From Azolla caroliniana (taxonomy: Eukaryota > Plantae > Polypodiophyta): DNA of 64,000 nucleotides. The DNA is taken from assembly GCA_043228905.1 (NCBI GenBank), contig JBHGNT010000009.1, positions 4,092,001 through 4,156,000 of the forward strand, written 5' to 3'. Shown here piece by piece: positions 1-11,550 of the stretch (positions are counted from its first letter, which is position 1; each line of letters starts with the position of its first letter). A model generated the notes under the pieces. It ran no database searches and had not been told where the DNA came from. It saw only the letters and a program-made list of their open reading frames with translations. Position numbers and translations under genes: made by a program.

Positions 1-792
1 GATTTGGAGGTCCTTTATCGCCCTCGTCAATTCCTCCAGCGCCGCTCCTCCGGTTGAGCCTCTGACTACGCCGGTCGAAGCCGAACCGGTTTCCAACCAC
101 TCTCGGGTCTCTTCCTTTCGCACCTGTGGCGCCGGTTCGAGCTTCCTTGCTGCGACCGAGCCCGACCCGGTTGCCCCGTTATCCGCCCATTCTCGCCGTT
201 TGTCGAAACGGCCACAGACTTTCTTGACAGCCGCCCAGTCGGTAGTGAGCCCGTCTTCGGTTTCCAGCAAGAGGCCCACTTGCTCCCGATCCCGCTCGTC
301 GACCGACTTGACAAACAGCAAGACCCGGCTCGTGTCCAGGATGGTTCGGTCGAGCGCCGAAAGGCGCGCAAAGTTTTCCTCGAACTCCCGGAGGAGTGCC
401 GACGCGTTTCTTCCCTTCCCCGGGGACTCCACCCATTCCATGAACCTTCGCTTCGAAAGCCGGAGCGTGTCGTCCAGCCCGTATTTCTCTAGGAGCCGAC
501 CTTCGAACTCCTCCCAGGTACGGCTCTCCGCCCGCACCTCGAGCACCTCCGCATGGATGCTCGGCATCGCCACTCGGGGAAATCCGGCAAGACGCCCTTC
601 TTCCGGAATGTCCCGCATCAGCATCTCTGCACCGTAGGACGCCAAATACTTCGTGGCATCCTTCCCATCGAACCGGCCGATCGTGCCGACGACCGCCTCA
701 ATAGCTCTGTCGAGGGCACCGGTGCCCTCCCGCGCGTTTACAATCCGATCCACGGCCGAAGCCATGGCCTCTGCAAGATCCGACCCCCTCAT
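1..792 (-). CDS. Gag of Gypsy A (N-terminal 264 codons, open to the window edge)
   Basis: Translated by hand: MRGSDLAEAM...RFDGKDATKYLASY...TWEEFE...FMEWVE...DWAAVKKVCGRFDKRREW. Colinear with Gypsy B Gag (FDGRNVTKFLDAY...TWSEFE...DWIAVKRACNRLDKRRQW). Absent from the ORF track because no stop lies in the window. Confidence 0.85.
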   Translation of the reverse strand, partial: MRGSDLAEAMASAVDRIVNAREGTGALDRAIEAVVGTIGRFDGKDATKYLASYGAEMLMRDIPEEGRLAGFPRVAMPSIHAEVLEVRAESRTWEEFEGRLLEKYGLDDTLRLSKRRFMEWVESPGKGRNASALLREFEENFARLSALDRTILDTSRVLLFVKSVDERDREQVGLLLETEDGLTTDWAAVKKVCGRFDKRREWADNGATGSGSVAARKLEPAPQVRKEETREWLETGSASTGVVRGSTGGAALEELTRAIKDLQI

Positions 793-814
793 CTTCTGCC
801 CTTCTGCCGCCTCC

Positions 815-832
815 TTCACGTTGGGTTCACCA
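815..832 (-). promoter_or_regulatory. Primer binding site of Gypsy A, tRNA-Trp type
   Basis: Plus strand TTCACGTTGGGTTCACCA matches at 17/18 the 3' end of plant cytosolic tRNA-Trp as I recall it (TTCACGTCGGGTTCACCA). Confidence 0.75.
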
Positions 833-2239
833 AAGATGTCGAGATATTACGCAAATGCGTGTGGAAACGAGGCGGGACCGCGGGGGTCTCGAACCAAAGA
901 GCAAGCGAGGGAGGAGAAAGAGAGAGAACCGGCTACGCAAGACCGGGGATACACAGGGACACGGCCCTTCAGCACGGAGAACGCGAACAGACACCGACAC
1001 AGACAGATGTGAATGACTAAAAAATGTATATTAACAAAAATGGCTAACACGACTACAACCCTCGATGGGGCACAGGTTGGTTACAACCGAACAGGCCGGC
1101 GAACAGATGCCGATGCTTGTTCGCTTCGACGCCAAAGGGGTAGCAGGTCGGAGGTGCTGCCGGAAGCACTCGGGCGTTCCTCGAAACAGCGCGAGCCTCC
1201 TCGGAACCCTGCACAGAAAAGCTATGGAGCTCAAGAAGGAAGGAAACAGAGAGCGAAGCGTCCAGAAACGGTCAGACAGCACTTCGTCCTCTCTGCGCGA
1301 GATCCCTGCAACAGCTCTTTCCTGCTCCTTATATATGCCGACGAGCAGGCCGTCATGTCAGCTTTATTCCCTGTCCCTTTCGAACAGGGATCCGCTCCGT
1401 TCTTCACGCATCCGCGTAATTACGCCGCCGACTCGTACAGTTCCTTAGCTCGCGCGCGCGACCGAAAAGACTGTTCGCGCGGTCTTTGTCTCCACTTGTG
1501 TTAGGGCCCGTTCCTGCCGATTATCCTCCTAATTCGCTTCTATGTACAACTTGGAGCGTGCGCGCGTGAAGAACCGGTTCCCACGCCTTGGTGCGCCGAT
1601 TCCGATTATGGACGGTTTTCTTCACGACACCGGTTCGCCGGATGTCGCCGCCGGATGCCGGATGCCGATGCCGCCGCCGGATACCGGTGCTGCCGTCGGA
1701 TGCCAACGCCGCCACCGGATGCCAACGCCGGATACCGGTGCCGCATGCCGCCGCCGGATTGCCGTCGGATCACCGGCTCCATCGCCGGTCCGGTTTTGGT
1801 TGGCCAAAACCCTTTTCGAGTAGCTAGCCACCTCCACTCTAAGTTCAAGTTACCTTGAACTCTCTATGCTCCACACATAGACACAAAGATAATATCTTTT
1901 GCTCCACCTTATATATGATGAGAGCCGTATTTGTCGTGCCTATGTGGGATATCTCACAATTTTCTCTTTTCTTTTCACAAACTTTATACCCTCATATCTT
2001 GACATTTAGTTGTCCATTTCTCGTGTAATAAAGTGCATTCGAAACCTCCATCATTTTGTACTTAGATATTAAAAATGTTTTCTTCACAATTATTGTATTA
2101 TGTGATTCATACTCGATTTCGTACGTTTTATGGGATTTTCACACTATTTCAGAAAATCTTCACGACATCCACCCCCACCAAACCGCACGTCCTCCGGTAC
2201 GTGCCAAGAAGAGAAGAAGTGAGATTTCGGCTACGATGA

Positions 2240-5200
2240 TCAATTAGATTCCTCCATGTCTTCATTTTCATCCGGCCTATTATGTTCATCGTCGAGGTAA
2301 TCGAGGTCAGGATCCTTGTCTTGTCTTTTCTTGAAAAGCTTTACTCTTTTTCCCGCAATGGGTACAGCCAACCTTGATCCGTCTAGTTCCGCAAGGTGGT
2401 ATGTGGCATTATCGTTGGCACTTGTCACCACATACGGCCCGAACCATCTTCTTGCGAATTTCCTTGTTGTACTATGTTGATTGTCAAGGGTGCTGTCGTA
2501 GACCAAAACCCAATCCCCTTCTTCAATCTTCTTGGGACGAAGTCGATGCGTGTTGTCGAACCGAACTTTGTTCTTTACTCGGGCTGCCTTCATCATCTTT
2601 CGCGCTTTTTCTAAATCTTCAGGTCTTCTTTCAAGTTGCCTTATCCGCGCCGCTAATAACTCTTCTCGGCTCATCTCGTTCTCCCACGATATCGCTACCC
2701 ATGAGGCGATCGTCCTTTCGATGGGCATAATCGGCTTTTGTCCATACATAAGCTCCGTCGACATATACCCTGTCACCGAGCTATGTGTCGTTCTATCAGC
2801 CCACAAGGCATAGGGTAATAGTCGTGGCCAATTCCCGACTCGACCATTGCATGCCCGTACGATGGCTTTAACGATAGGTCCATGCCCTCGCTCGATCTTC
2901 CCATTTGCTTCTGGATTGTAGGCAGTCGTGAGGGAGAGCTTCACGCCTAGTCTTTCGAAGAGCTCCGTCGCTTCGTGCGCGTCCAACTCCCCTCGGTCGG
3001 CCACTATCTTCCCTACACATCCATATCGGCAAACAACATCTTCAAGTAGAAATTTGCAAACGGCCGAAGTCGTCTTATTTGTCAAGGCTCGTCCTTCCAC
3101 TTGATTTGTCAAGTCTTCCCTTGCCAACGCTAAGTACTTCATTTGTCCCACTCCCATTGGCATCGAGACCAGATCCACCATCCATTTGAAGTGTATGGTG
3201 AGTGGGTATGTCGGCTTTAACTCATCACGATGACGTATATTTGAATATACTTGGCAAGTTTCACATGTGGACACGAAATGGAGTACATCTTTGTACATGG
3301 TTGGCCACCAGTACTTCTCCTTCAACTTTTCGAACGTCGCCCATGTTCCTCTATGACCTGCCCAAGCACTCTCGTGGAATTCGGTCATCAGCGTCTCTTG
3401 CTCTTCTTTCTTTACCACCACTCGACGTGGTATTCCTGTCCTTCTTTTTGGATGTCGCCAAAGGAATCCTCCCTTCAAGAAGTATCGGTAAGCTTTCTTT
3501 CGGATTCGTAGGGCCTCCTCCTTTGTCAACGAAGCATCTGTCGTCAATGTTCTTAGGAATCTACCGATGAGTAACCATTCTCCTTCGTACTCGTTCTCGT
3601 TGAAGGCGTGGAGGTTTTGCGTGTCCTGGTCTTCCGCCGACAATCGAGTCATCTTGAAGAAGTCGAGGGCGACATCTTCATCTTCCGAAACCATGTTACT
3701 TCCATTTGAAAATCTTGCCCTCGACAGCATGTCAGCCATGGCGTTCTTCTTCCCTGCGATGTGACGGATCTCTGGGTTTAAAGACTTGATGTAGGCGATC
3801 CACCTTAGCATAGCAAGATCTGGGGTCGCACATCCCGAGACCATTCCGAGAATTGGGAGACAATCTGTCTCTATTATCAATTCTGATCCGATCAGGTAAT
3901 CTTTGTCCGTCTTCACTGCCGACACAATACCCCAAAGTTCCCGCTTGACTTGGGCTTATCTTTGTTGCCGTTCGCTGAGAACCTTTGCTCCGAACCGGAC
4001 GGCATATCGCGCATTATCTTCACCTTCTTGATTGATGACCCACCCGATTCCGGTTGGGCTCGTATCTACGGTCACATAAATTGGTTTCCCTTCGGCATAG
4101 TCGGCCTTCCTTAGTGTCTGAGCTTCATGAAGCAGTTTCTTTAATCTTCGCATCGCCTCTGTGTGCTCGTCTCGCCATTCGAACTTTATTCTTTTCTTTA
4201 GTAGTCCATATAACGGTTCGGCGACATGAGCGTAGTGAGGAATCCATATATGATAAAACGTGCACGCTCCAAGGAACCTTCGAACCTCCGTTTGGTTTTC
4301 GCATTCTTCTTTCATGTCTTGGATTGCGTTCACTTTGGATGGCGAGAGCTTCCGGCCGTATGCTCCACACAAGTGACCTACCACCAAGATCTCCGGCTGC
4401 CCGAATGCGGATTTTTCTCCCGAAAATGTCAAATTCGCATCTTCGAGCCTTTGAAGCACCTTCTCGCAATCTTTCATATGATCCGCAACGAACTTTCTAC
4501 AACCTTCCTTATCTTTCGATTCATCTTTCTCCTCATCCGAACATCCTTTTATCGGAATATCATCCAAGAATGGCATCGTGATGTCCGGAATGCAATCCTT
4601 CAAGACTTTATTCATGGCATTCACCATATGAGCCACCGAGTTCGTTGCGCCTTGGGGTAAGGTACACATCCGCACAAGCCCGATCGGAGTCCTCATGGTT
4701 GTAATGTCCCGACTGTCGATCGCCAACTGGAATTGGTCATATCTGGAGTAGAGATTGCCAATGGAGTAGATGGACCGGCCCGCAAACGCTTCGGCAAATT
4801 CGTCCACACTCGGACCGATTCCAGCATTTCGAATTGTCACCTTGTTGACGGGTTGAAGATCTTGGATGAATCGCAATGATCCATTCTTCTTCGGCACCGT
4901 GAACCACCTATTGGAATAAGGAGCATTCAACGGTTCTAGAATTCCCATACTCACCTTCTCCTTTAAGAGCTCGATCAGCTTCGGAAGGTGTGCTCTCGGA
5001 ACCGGTATCGGTTTCAAATTCCAAGGCACATGAGGCACCGTGAAGATCACCATTGGCTCTATAACCTTTGGGTCGGCGCATCCGATTTCTCGTGGGAAGA
5101 ATGCGAAAGCCTTCCCATGTCTCTCAAGCATATCGCGAAACATTCGCTCCTCTTCAGGGAGAAGGAAATCCTCCTTTCCAACTCGTAGCTTCCCCTTCGT

Positions 5201-5730
5201 CTCTTTGGTGAAGTCATGACCTATCTTCTTCGGATCTCTTAAGCTTGGATCGTTAGCGACTTCCTTCATCTTTTGCCAGCTATCTTCCGGTAGCAGAACC
5301 GCAACTGGCTTGATCTTCTTATCCACTGTTTTATATTTCGTGTTGATGTCAGCTTCATTCATCGAGATGCCACGACGGTATTCATCGATGATAGTGTACA
5401 TGTTGACGGAGTTAACCGAAATCACACGTTGGTTGTGAAGATAGCTCAAGTCCACGACGTCCTCGATTTCGCCGATGGTGTCGTTAAATGAGGCTTCTTC
5501 CATAATATGAGTCACGAACTCTCCTTCTTCTATTATGTTCTCTTCTTTCAGCATCTTCTCGAATTCTTGTATCCGGCGCTTGTGCTTCTTGTCGGGTAGT
5601 TCTAGTTTACATGCGCCACTAAGTGTGACACATGTTGCTTCTCCTTGCAATCCACGCGCTCTTCTTTCTTGTGGGGTCTTGTGATTGCTCGGACTATTTG
5701 TGCCCCATGCTTCAATAGTCCGCTCTAAAA
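2240..5730 (-). pseudogene. Gypsy B pol (RT, RNase H, integrase) with one in-frame TAA at 3956-3958
   Basis: RT motifs LPQG and FLDDI; RNase H VTVDTS and RELWG; integrase HHCC (H..GH..C..C), DDE core and WFGPY. ORFs 3956-5650 and 2240-3925 are in frame. Confidence 0.9.
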
Positions 5731-7929
5731 ATCCAAGGATTCGCCTCCGAGACTATCTCGATTCCTTTCATGATTGGCTCGCACTGTTAGGAATTGGACC
5801 GATCTTTGGTTGTCAAGACTCTTTATTCGTGCGAAGGCTGCTCCATTATCGAACACTTTGGTCTCCATCCGAGATGATGTGATATAAGGTTGCCCTAGGA
5901 TGACAGGATGCGATGCCGATTCTTGTACGAAGAAGTGTTGATCCATCTCCACATCCCCGATCGTGACTTTGACATTGGGACAAGCTCCGTACAAGTCCTC
6001 CGTAGACTTTGTTGCCGCGCGAATCTTCCATCCGTGGTTTGTATTGATTGGCCATCTTCCCTTTTTGTAGAAGTCGGTTGACATGAGGTTGATCTCCGAG
6101 CCGTGGTCGATCAAGGCTACGACGGTCTCTTTCTTCTCCCCGATCTTCACCGGCGTCTCCGTTGTCGCTCGTGCCCAATGAGGTTGAGTGTAGTGGCTGT
6201 CCACCATATCTTCATCGATTTCGTCTCTTGCCATCGTTATGGCATTCGTTTTTGCTTTCTGCGGCTTCTCTTCTTCCTCGTCCGATTGTTGTCTCTTTCT
6301 CTTTACAAGGTCCACGATCGTGTCATGGAACTCCTTCTTCGTAATGCCAAGCAATTCCCTCAAGGACAAAGTTACATGGCTATCAAGAACTCGTTCTTCG
6401 AGAATCTTCTTTAGGTCCGTTGTCTGCTCTATGTCCGACCTTAGCTTATAGGTAGGTATGGTCCTTGTCCTCCGAGCGGGGTCTTCAACACCAACCTTCA
6501 CAGGCCGAACCGTTTCTTCAACTCGTATGTTCGGCTCCCCTTTTCGGCTTGATTCTCGTTCCTCCGTTTGTAAAGGTCGACTCGTCTCCGCATCGTCCTT
6601 CTTTTTCGCGTTCCTTGTTTCATGTCTTTTTGATGGGCCTTGCTCTTCTATTCTCTTTCTCTTTTCTTCGACGAACACCTCGTGGTTGTCGCACATCACC
6701 TCTACGAGTATGGTGTTGTCGTCCACCGGATCCGACCACCCGGTTATGCTTTGCACGCTTCGGTCCGCAAGCTCTACCTCGTTCGATGTGACTTTTCCCT
6801 TCTTCTCATATTCGAGAACGGAAGTCCAAAACTTTGCTCCCGCTCTAGCAGCTTCAGTCTTGTCTTTCCCGACTCTTATTCCGGCCGACGCAGCATAGTG
6901 CATCGCATCCACATGAGTCGCATCGGCATCCTCCATAGATCTCTTCATTCCTCCTCTTCCGAAATTCACCCGTAGGGGTCTTCTAGTCTCGCTTGAGCAG
7001 ATCATGTTGTCCTCTATGTATACGATATTTTGTCGAATCGCCTCTCAAAGGCTCGCACAATCCCTTCTCATGTGGTCCATGCTATCGCACCACACGCATC
7101 TAAAGGGTTCTTTTCCTTTAGGGCCCCGACGATTCATGTTGGCTAGCGTGACCTTCTCGAACTTCTTCGCTAGCTCTTCAATAATGTCATCATCAATCTT
7201 CTTTTCTTCCACGTTACTTTGTCTCAGCAGCTCAGCTACTTTCGGTGGTCTTGCTTTCTCCGTAGTAGTCGGTCCCGTCAAGTCGGTGTCATCAACCCAT
7301 TGGCGACGCTTGTCGAGCCTATTGCATGCCCGCTTCACCGCGATCCAGTCCGCTACGAGCCCATTTGCTTGGGTATCATCTTCGAGAAGAGTCCCCAACT
7401 CCCGTCTATCCTTTATGTCCACGGCCTTCAAGAAGTACAAAGTCTTGTCCTCTTCAAGCAATACTTGGTTCGTATTGGGGAGACGACTAAACATTTGGTC
7501 GAATTCGTCGTACACCCTCGAGACGCTCATCTTCTTATTCTTCTTCTCTATCCACTTCATCAGGGCATGTCGAGTCATCCTCGTTGAGTCTTCAGTCACG
7601 AACTCCGCTAGTATCGTTTTCTCGAATTCGGACCATGTTGTCTTTCCTTCTTGAAGCTCGATGACGCGTCTTTGGATGTTGTTGGCGACAACTCTCTTGA
7701 AGCTTGCGATTTGACGTGCCTCGGACACGTCCCTTTGATTCATCTCCCTCTTATATGCATCAAGGAACTTCGTAACGTTCCTTCCATCGAATTGGCCCTC
7801 GAGCTCTACGACACGATCGACAGCCTTCTCCACGCTCGCGTCGTTGTCCCGAGATCTCATCATTTGCTCGACGATTAGCATCATCCTTTCGAGCTCTCCT
7901 GCTTGGTTGCTTGAGGACGCCATCTCCAA
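5725..7929 (-). pseudogene. Gypsy B ORF1 (Gag, zinc knuckle, aspartic protease) with one in-frame stop at 7045-7047
   Basis: ORFs 7045-7929 and 5725-7005 are in the same frame. CVWCDSMDHMRRDC knuckle; protease motif ALIDHGSEIN and ILGQPY. Confidence 0.85.
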
Positions 7930-7964
7930 CTATTAATCTCGACTTGATCCTTCCTACCGCCTCT

Positions 7965-7982
7965 TTCACGCCGGGTTCACCA
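7965..7982 (-). promoter_or_regulatory. Primer binding site of Gypsy B, tRNA-Trp type
   Basis: Plus strand TTCACGCCGGGTTCACCA matches the recalled plant tRNA-Trp 3' end at 17/18. An 8-nt spacer separates it from the LTR. Confidence 0.75.
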
Positions 7983-7990
7983 CTTGATTA

Positions 7991-9020
7991 TGTCGTGAAG
8001 ATCCGTCACTACGAGCGGATCGTGAGGCGGAACCGCCAGGGTTCTGGACCGGAAGGATTTAGAGTCGATACAAGCTTTGGCGAGAAAGTACTTAAGATAG
8101 ATTGGGAAAGAGAGAAGATGAGATTACACGATTGATTTGATAACGAAATTCTTCTTCTTAATTTTCAAAAAAAAAACCATGTTTTTCTCCTCCCCCTTCC
8201 CTCTTTTATAGATGCTCTCATGCATATGATGCATGTGAGGGTACAAGACATGCATAAATTGCATGTTTGCCATTTGGCGCTTAAGTATTACATGTGGTGC
8301 ATGCTAACCATGTCACTCATTTTAGCACTCATGGATGAGAATTTACATGTAAAAGTACAATGATAGAAATATAATTTCAACTAAATACCATGGTTTAATG
8401 GTAAGCCATTTGACTCCTAACTTGGAGGTGCAAGGTTCGAATCAACACTTGCCCTCCTTGTATATGTAAGTATGTATATATATTTATATATTTATTTTAT
8501 CTAGTCGCCGGTTCGCCGGATGCCGGATGCCGATGCCGCCGCCGGATACCGGTGCTGCCGTCGGATGCCAACGCCGCCACCGGATGCCAACGCCGGATAC
8601 CGGTGCCGCCGCCGACGCCGGATCACCGGCTCCATCGCCGGTCCGGTTTTGGTTGGCCAAAACCCTTTTCGAGTAGCTAGCCACCTCCACTCTAAGTTAA
8701 AGTTACCTTGAAGTCTCTATGCTCCACACATAGACACAAAGATAATATCTTTTGCTCCACCTTATATATGATGAGAGCCGTATTTGTCGTGCCTATGTGG
8801 GATATCTCACAATTTTCTCTTTTCTTTTCACAAACTTTATACCCTCATATCTTGACATTTAGTTATCCATTTCTCGTGTAATAAAGTGCATTCGAAACCT
8901 CCATCATTTTGTACTTAGATATTAAAAATGTTTTCTTCACAATTATTGTATTATGTGATTCATACTCGATTTCGTACGTTTTATGGGATTTTCACACTAT
9001 TGCAGAAAATCTTCACGACA
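7991..9020 (-). repeat. 5' LTR of Gypsy B (1030 bp)
   Basis: 10-bp terminal inverted repeat; minus-strand TATAAAA at 8204-8210; GCCGGAT/GCCGCC-rich array at about 8506-8645. Confidence 0.92.
8385..8457 (+). other. tRNA-derived (pseudo-tRNA or SINE-head-like) Pol III A/B-box cassette inside the Gypsy B LTR
   Basis: A box TGGTTTAATGG at 8391-8401 and B box GGTTCGAATC at 8434-8443, at tRNA-like spacing. Anticodon-loop-like CTCCTAA between them; stems degenerate. Confidence 0.55.
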
Positions 9021-9484
9021 GCGGACTCCGGAACGCGAATCGAAGCGGATTTCGGATACCGTCTGAAACCGACCCGACTTGAGCTTGAGGGGGCATGTTG
9101 AGAATCAAGCTCAACTTGGTCTAGTGTGTGAACTCACCTTGAGAGTGAATAGACACTCCAACGATCAAGAGTCACCATTATGTCACCTCTTTGTATTCTA
9201 GCATTTAGTATGAGTCATAGAATCATATTCTATGACACATAACTTATGAGCTTTCACATTCCCCATGCTCCATGAGTCTTGTAGTTAATGAAGAGAGAGG
9301 GTGACTATATAAAGCACCCTCCTCCCACCTTGTATGTTGTTAAGTCTTTCTCCTTTGTTAATATACTTTTACCTTGCGTATTCTCTGTGTCTTACTCCTT
9401 GTCTCTCTCACTCTCTCTCTCTCTCATACACACACATAACTCACATCTCTTCCGCTTCACAAGAATCATATCCGATTCTTTACA
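9021..9484 (+). mobile_element. 3' end of a copia-type LTR element (PPT plus 389-bp LTR, 9096-9484)
   Basis: GAGCTTGAGGGGGCA immediately followed by TGTTGAGAATC ... GATTCTTTACA (9/11 inverted match). Internal TATATAAA. LINE sequence resumes after 9484. Confidence 0.7.
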
Positions 9485-10879
9485 AAGACACCTCCACATG
9501 TATCTCTAAATAAACCTACACAAGTGCCAATCAACAATATGCAATCATTCCTTCCCTTGCAGAATAAATATAATGCCCTCCAAATGGGAGAGGAAAGTTC
9601 ACAAGAGCTGAATAATGGGGGTCACTCATCATTCCACCCTCCTCAAAAACTCAAGTCAGATTCTTTGACACAGAAGATAGTTCAAAATTCTATTCAATTT
9701 GATACATCCTTTCCAAAGTTGGTGGTAGGACAACCACCAATAAAAATTGTTGAGAATCAACAAATTTTGGTCATGTCTACTAATTCGGATTTATCCAATA
9801 GGCTTAAAGGAAAAGTTGCCTCTAATCAACAAGTGTATTCGAATCAGTCTAAAGGACAACCAGGGGATATGGAAATGAACCAAGAGCACATTCATGTTGG
9901 ATTTCAATTTACAGTTACATAGGACCCTTTGACAATCCAAAATTCTGAAAAGTTGGTCAAGGAACATAGGATGCATAAGTATGCAAGGAAGGATTTTCTC
10001 TTGAAAAGACAAATGCGAGCTCAGGAGGGTGCCAAGAAAGGACGTCAGGATGCTCTTCTTGAGAAAAGGACATCTCTAAACCCTATGTAATATGGATGCC
10101 CCACATTTTCTTTCCTGGAATGTGCAAGGTCTGGGTGGTCAGGCTTTTCGCAAATTTAAAGGACTCATACGTTCAGATTTAGGTACTTCTAATATTGGCA
10201 CTATTGATATCCTCTTTTTGCAATAGCATCACATGTACAGGGATAGGATTCACCTGTGCAGGCTCCATTTTACCAGGATGGTGGACTCATTTTTGGGTTT
10301 CTTCCTTTGGTCCAAATGGACGTCAGACCAGATTATGTATAGCTCTTAAACAACACTTGCAGTCTATTATCTTGTCAACAGGTATTGTTATGAATAAACG
10401 GGCACAATTTCTTATCATATACATAGGGTCTCACAAGGTTGGCCTAATGAAGATCTATGCCCCTAACTCCGCATCAGCGAGGGCGGGTTTTTGGCCGTCT
10501 CTTGTGGAATATGCGGGGTTAGCAGATTTTTTGTTAGTGGGAGGCGATTTTAATATGATCGACTTTGCTTCCGATAGAATAGGATGTACAACTACTACAA
10601 TTTCAAGTTGGGAAGCTACGTGTTGGGACTCCTTTTGTTTTGCTTTTGGTCTACTTGATTTATGGAAGGTGCAATATTTCTCACATATACAAGGGTCCCT
10701 ATAGTTTTCTACATCAGATGGGAGTGTGGTTAATGCTACTTTGTCTCGGCTAGATAGATTTTATGCTAGCAGTTTCTTTTGGGATGCGGGCGAATCCCTT
10801 GGTGTTACGGGCATGACCATATAATATCCCGTGGTGAGAATTTGTTGGGATTTCGGTCCCTCCGGATGGGATGTCCGGA

Positions 10880-11062
10880 GATGAATGACGGCAAGCCCGG
10901 TTCCGATTACGGAACCGGATGATGAATAGTACCCGGCATGAAGCCGGATGAAGAGACCCCGGTTACGGAGCCGGATGACGAAGACCCGGTTACGGAGCCG
11001 GATGACGAAGACCCGGCTACGGAGCCGGATGATGAAGACCCCGGCTACGGAGCCGGATGATG
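10880..11062 (+). repeat. About 27-bp tandem repeats (GAAGACCCGGTTACGGAGCCGGATGAC) in U3 of the copia A LTR, also at about 15672-15854
   Basis: Four close copies plus degenerate copies upstream, seen directly. Confidence 0.85.
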
Positions 11063-11550
11063 AGTGTACCCGGGGAGAGATCCGGATGCGGGGACATATT
11101 TGTGAATATGTTTGCCAAGAGCCCTTGAGGCTATATTTGTAAATAGCCCGAAAGTCATATGTGTATAAATATGACTTAGGGCAAACAGTTTCTTGTTGTT
11201 GCTCATTTTATGTTCTAGCCGAGAGAGCGGAGTGAGAGCAGCCGAGAGAGAGAGACGAAGAGGTCGTTGCCTCTGTGTATTACCGCCGCCTGTGGCGAAG
11301 ACAGTGAGCTCAAGGTTGTTGCCTTGTAGCTTCACCATTGTACATCTCTGTGTATAGTGTGAGTTGGAGTTTGAGGACTCACGTGGTTTTTCCCATTTAG
11401 GGTTTTCCACGTAAAACATACTGTGTACTCTTCTCTCTATTGTTTTGGAGCATTTCGTATTTCCTGTTTTCTGTGACTTGATCCTATTTCTCGGTTGTGG
11501 CCGAGCGCGGTGTTCAACAAAGTGGTATCAGAGCGACGGCAGTGCAGAAA

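Larger units (their letters stand above)
1..1629 (-). mobile_element. Ty3/Gypsy LTR retrotransposon A, 5' part only (5' LTR 837-1629, PBS 815-832, gag start); runs off the window start
   Basis: LTR bounded by TGTCG (837) ... CGACA (1629). PBS lies 4 nt inside and gag follows. Sequence from 1630 on resumes the LTR of element B. Confidence 0.88.
1630..9020 (-). mobile_element. Ty3/Gypsy LTR retrotransposon B, near full length (5' LTR 7991-9020; 3' LTR part 1630-2167, interrupted by element A)
   Basis: LTR termini TGTCGTGAAG...CTTCACGACA. 1630-2167 matches 8508-9020 with about 4 substitutions plus repeat-unit indels. PPT at about 2168-2184, PBS 7965-7982. Domain order gag-PR-RT-RH-INT, no chromodomain. 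Confidence 0.93.

Noticed and set aside
200-1858. Many 60-160 aa ORFs in the GC-rich Gypsy gag and LTR region
   Set aside because: They are antisense or off-frame shadows of gag and of GC-rich repeats, with no recognisable domains.
7045-7047. In-frame TGA in Gypsy B gag (and TAA at 3956-3958) as programmed readthrough
   Set aside because: Both fit simple point mutations; the TAA falls within the RNase H domain. No readthrough context was recognised.
10880-11062. Regular 27-bp repeats resembling a CRISPR array
   Set aside because: Contiguous tandem units without unique spacers, inside a eukaryotic LTR.
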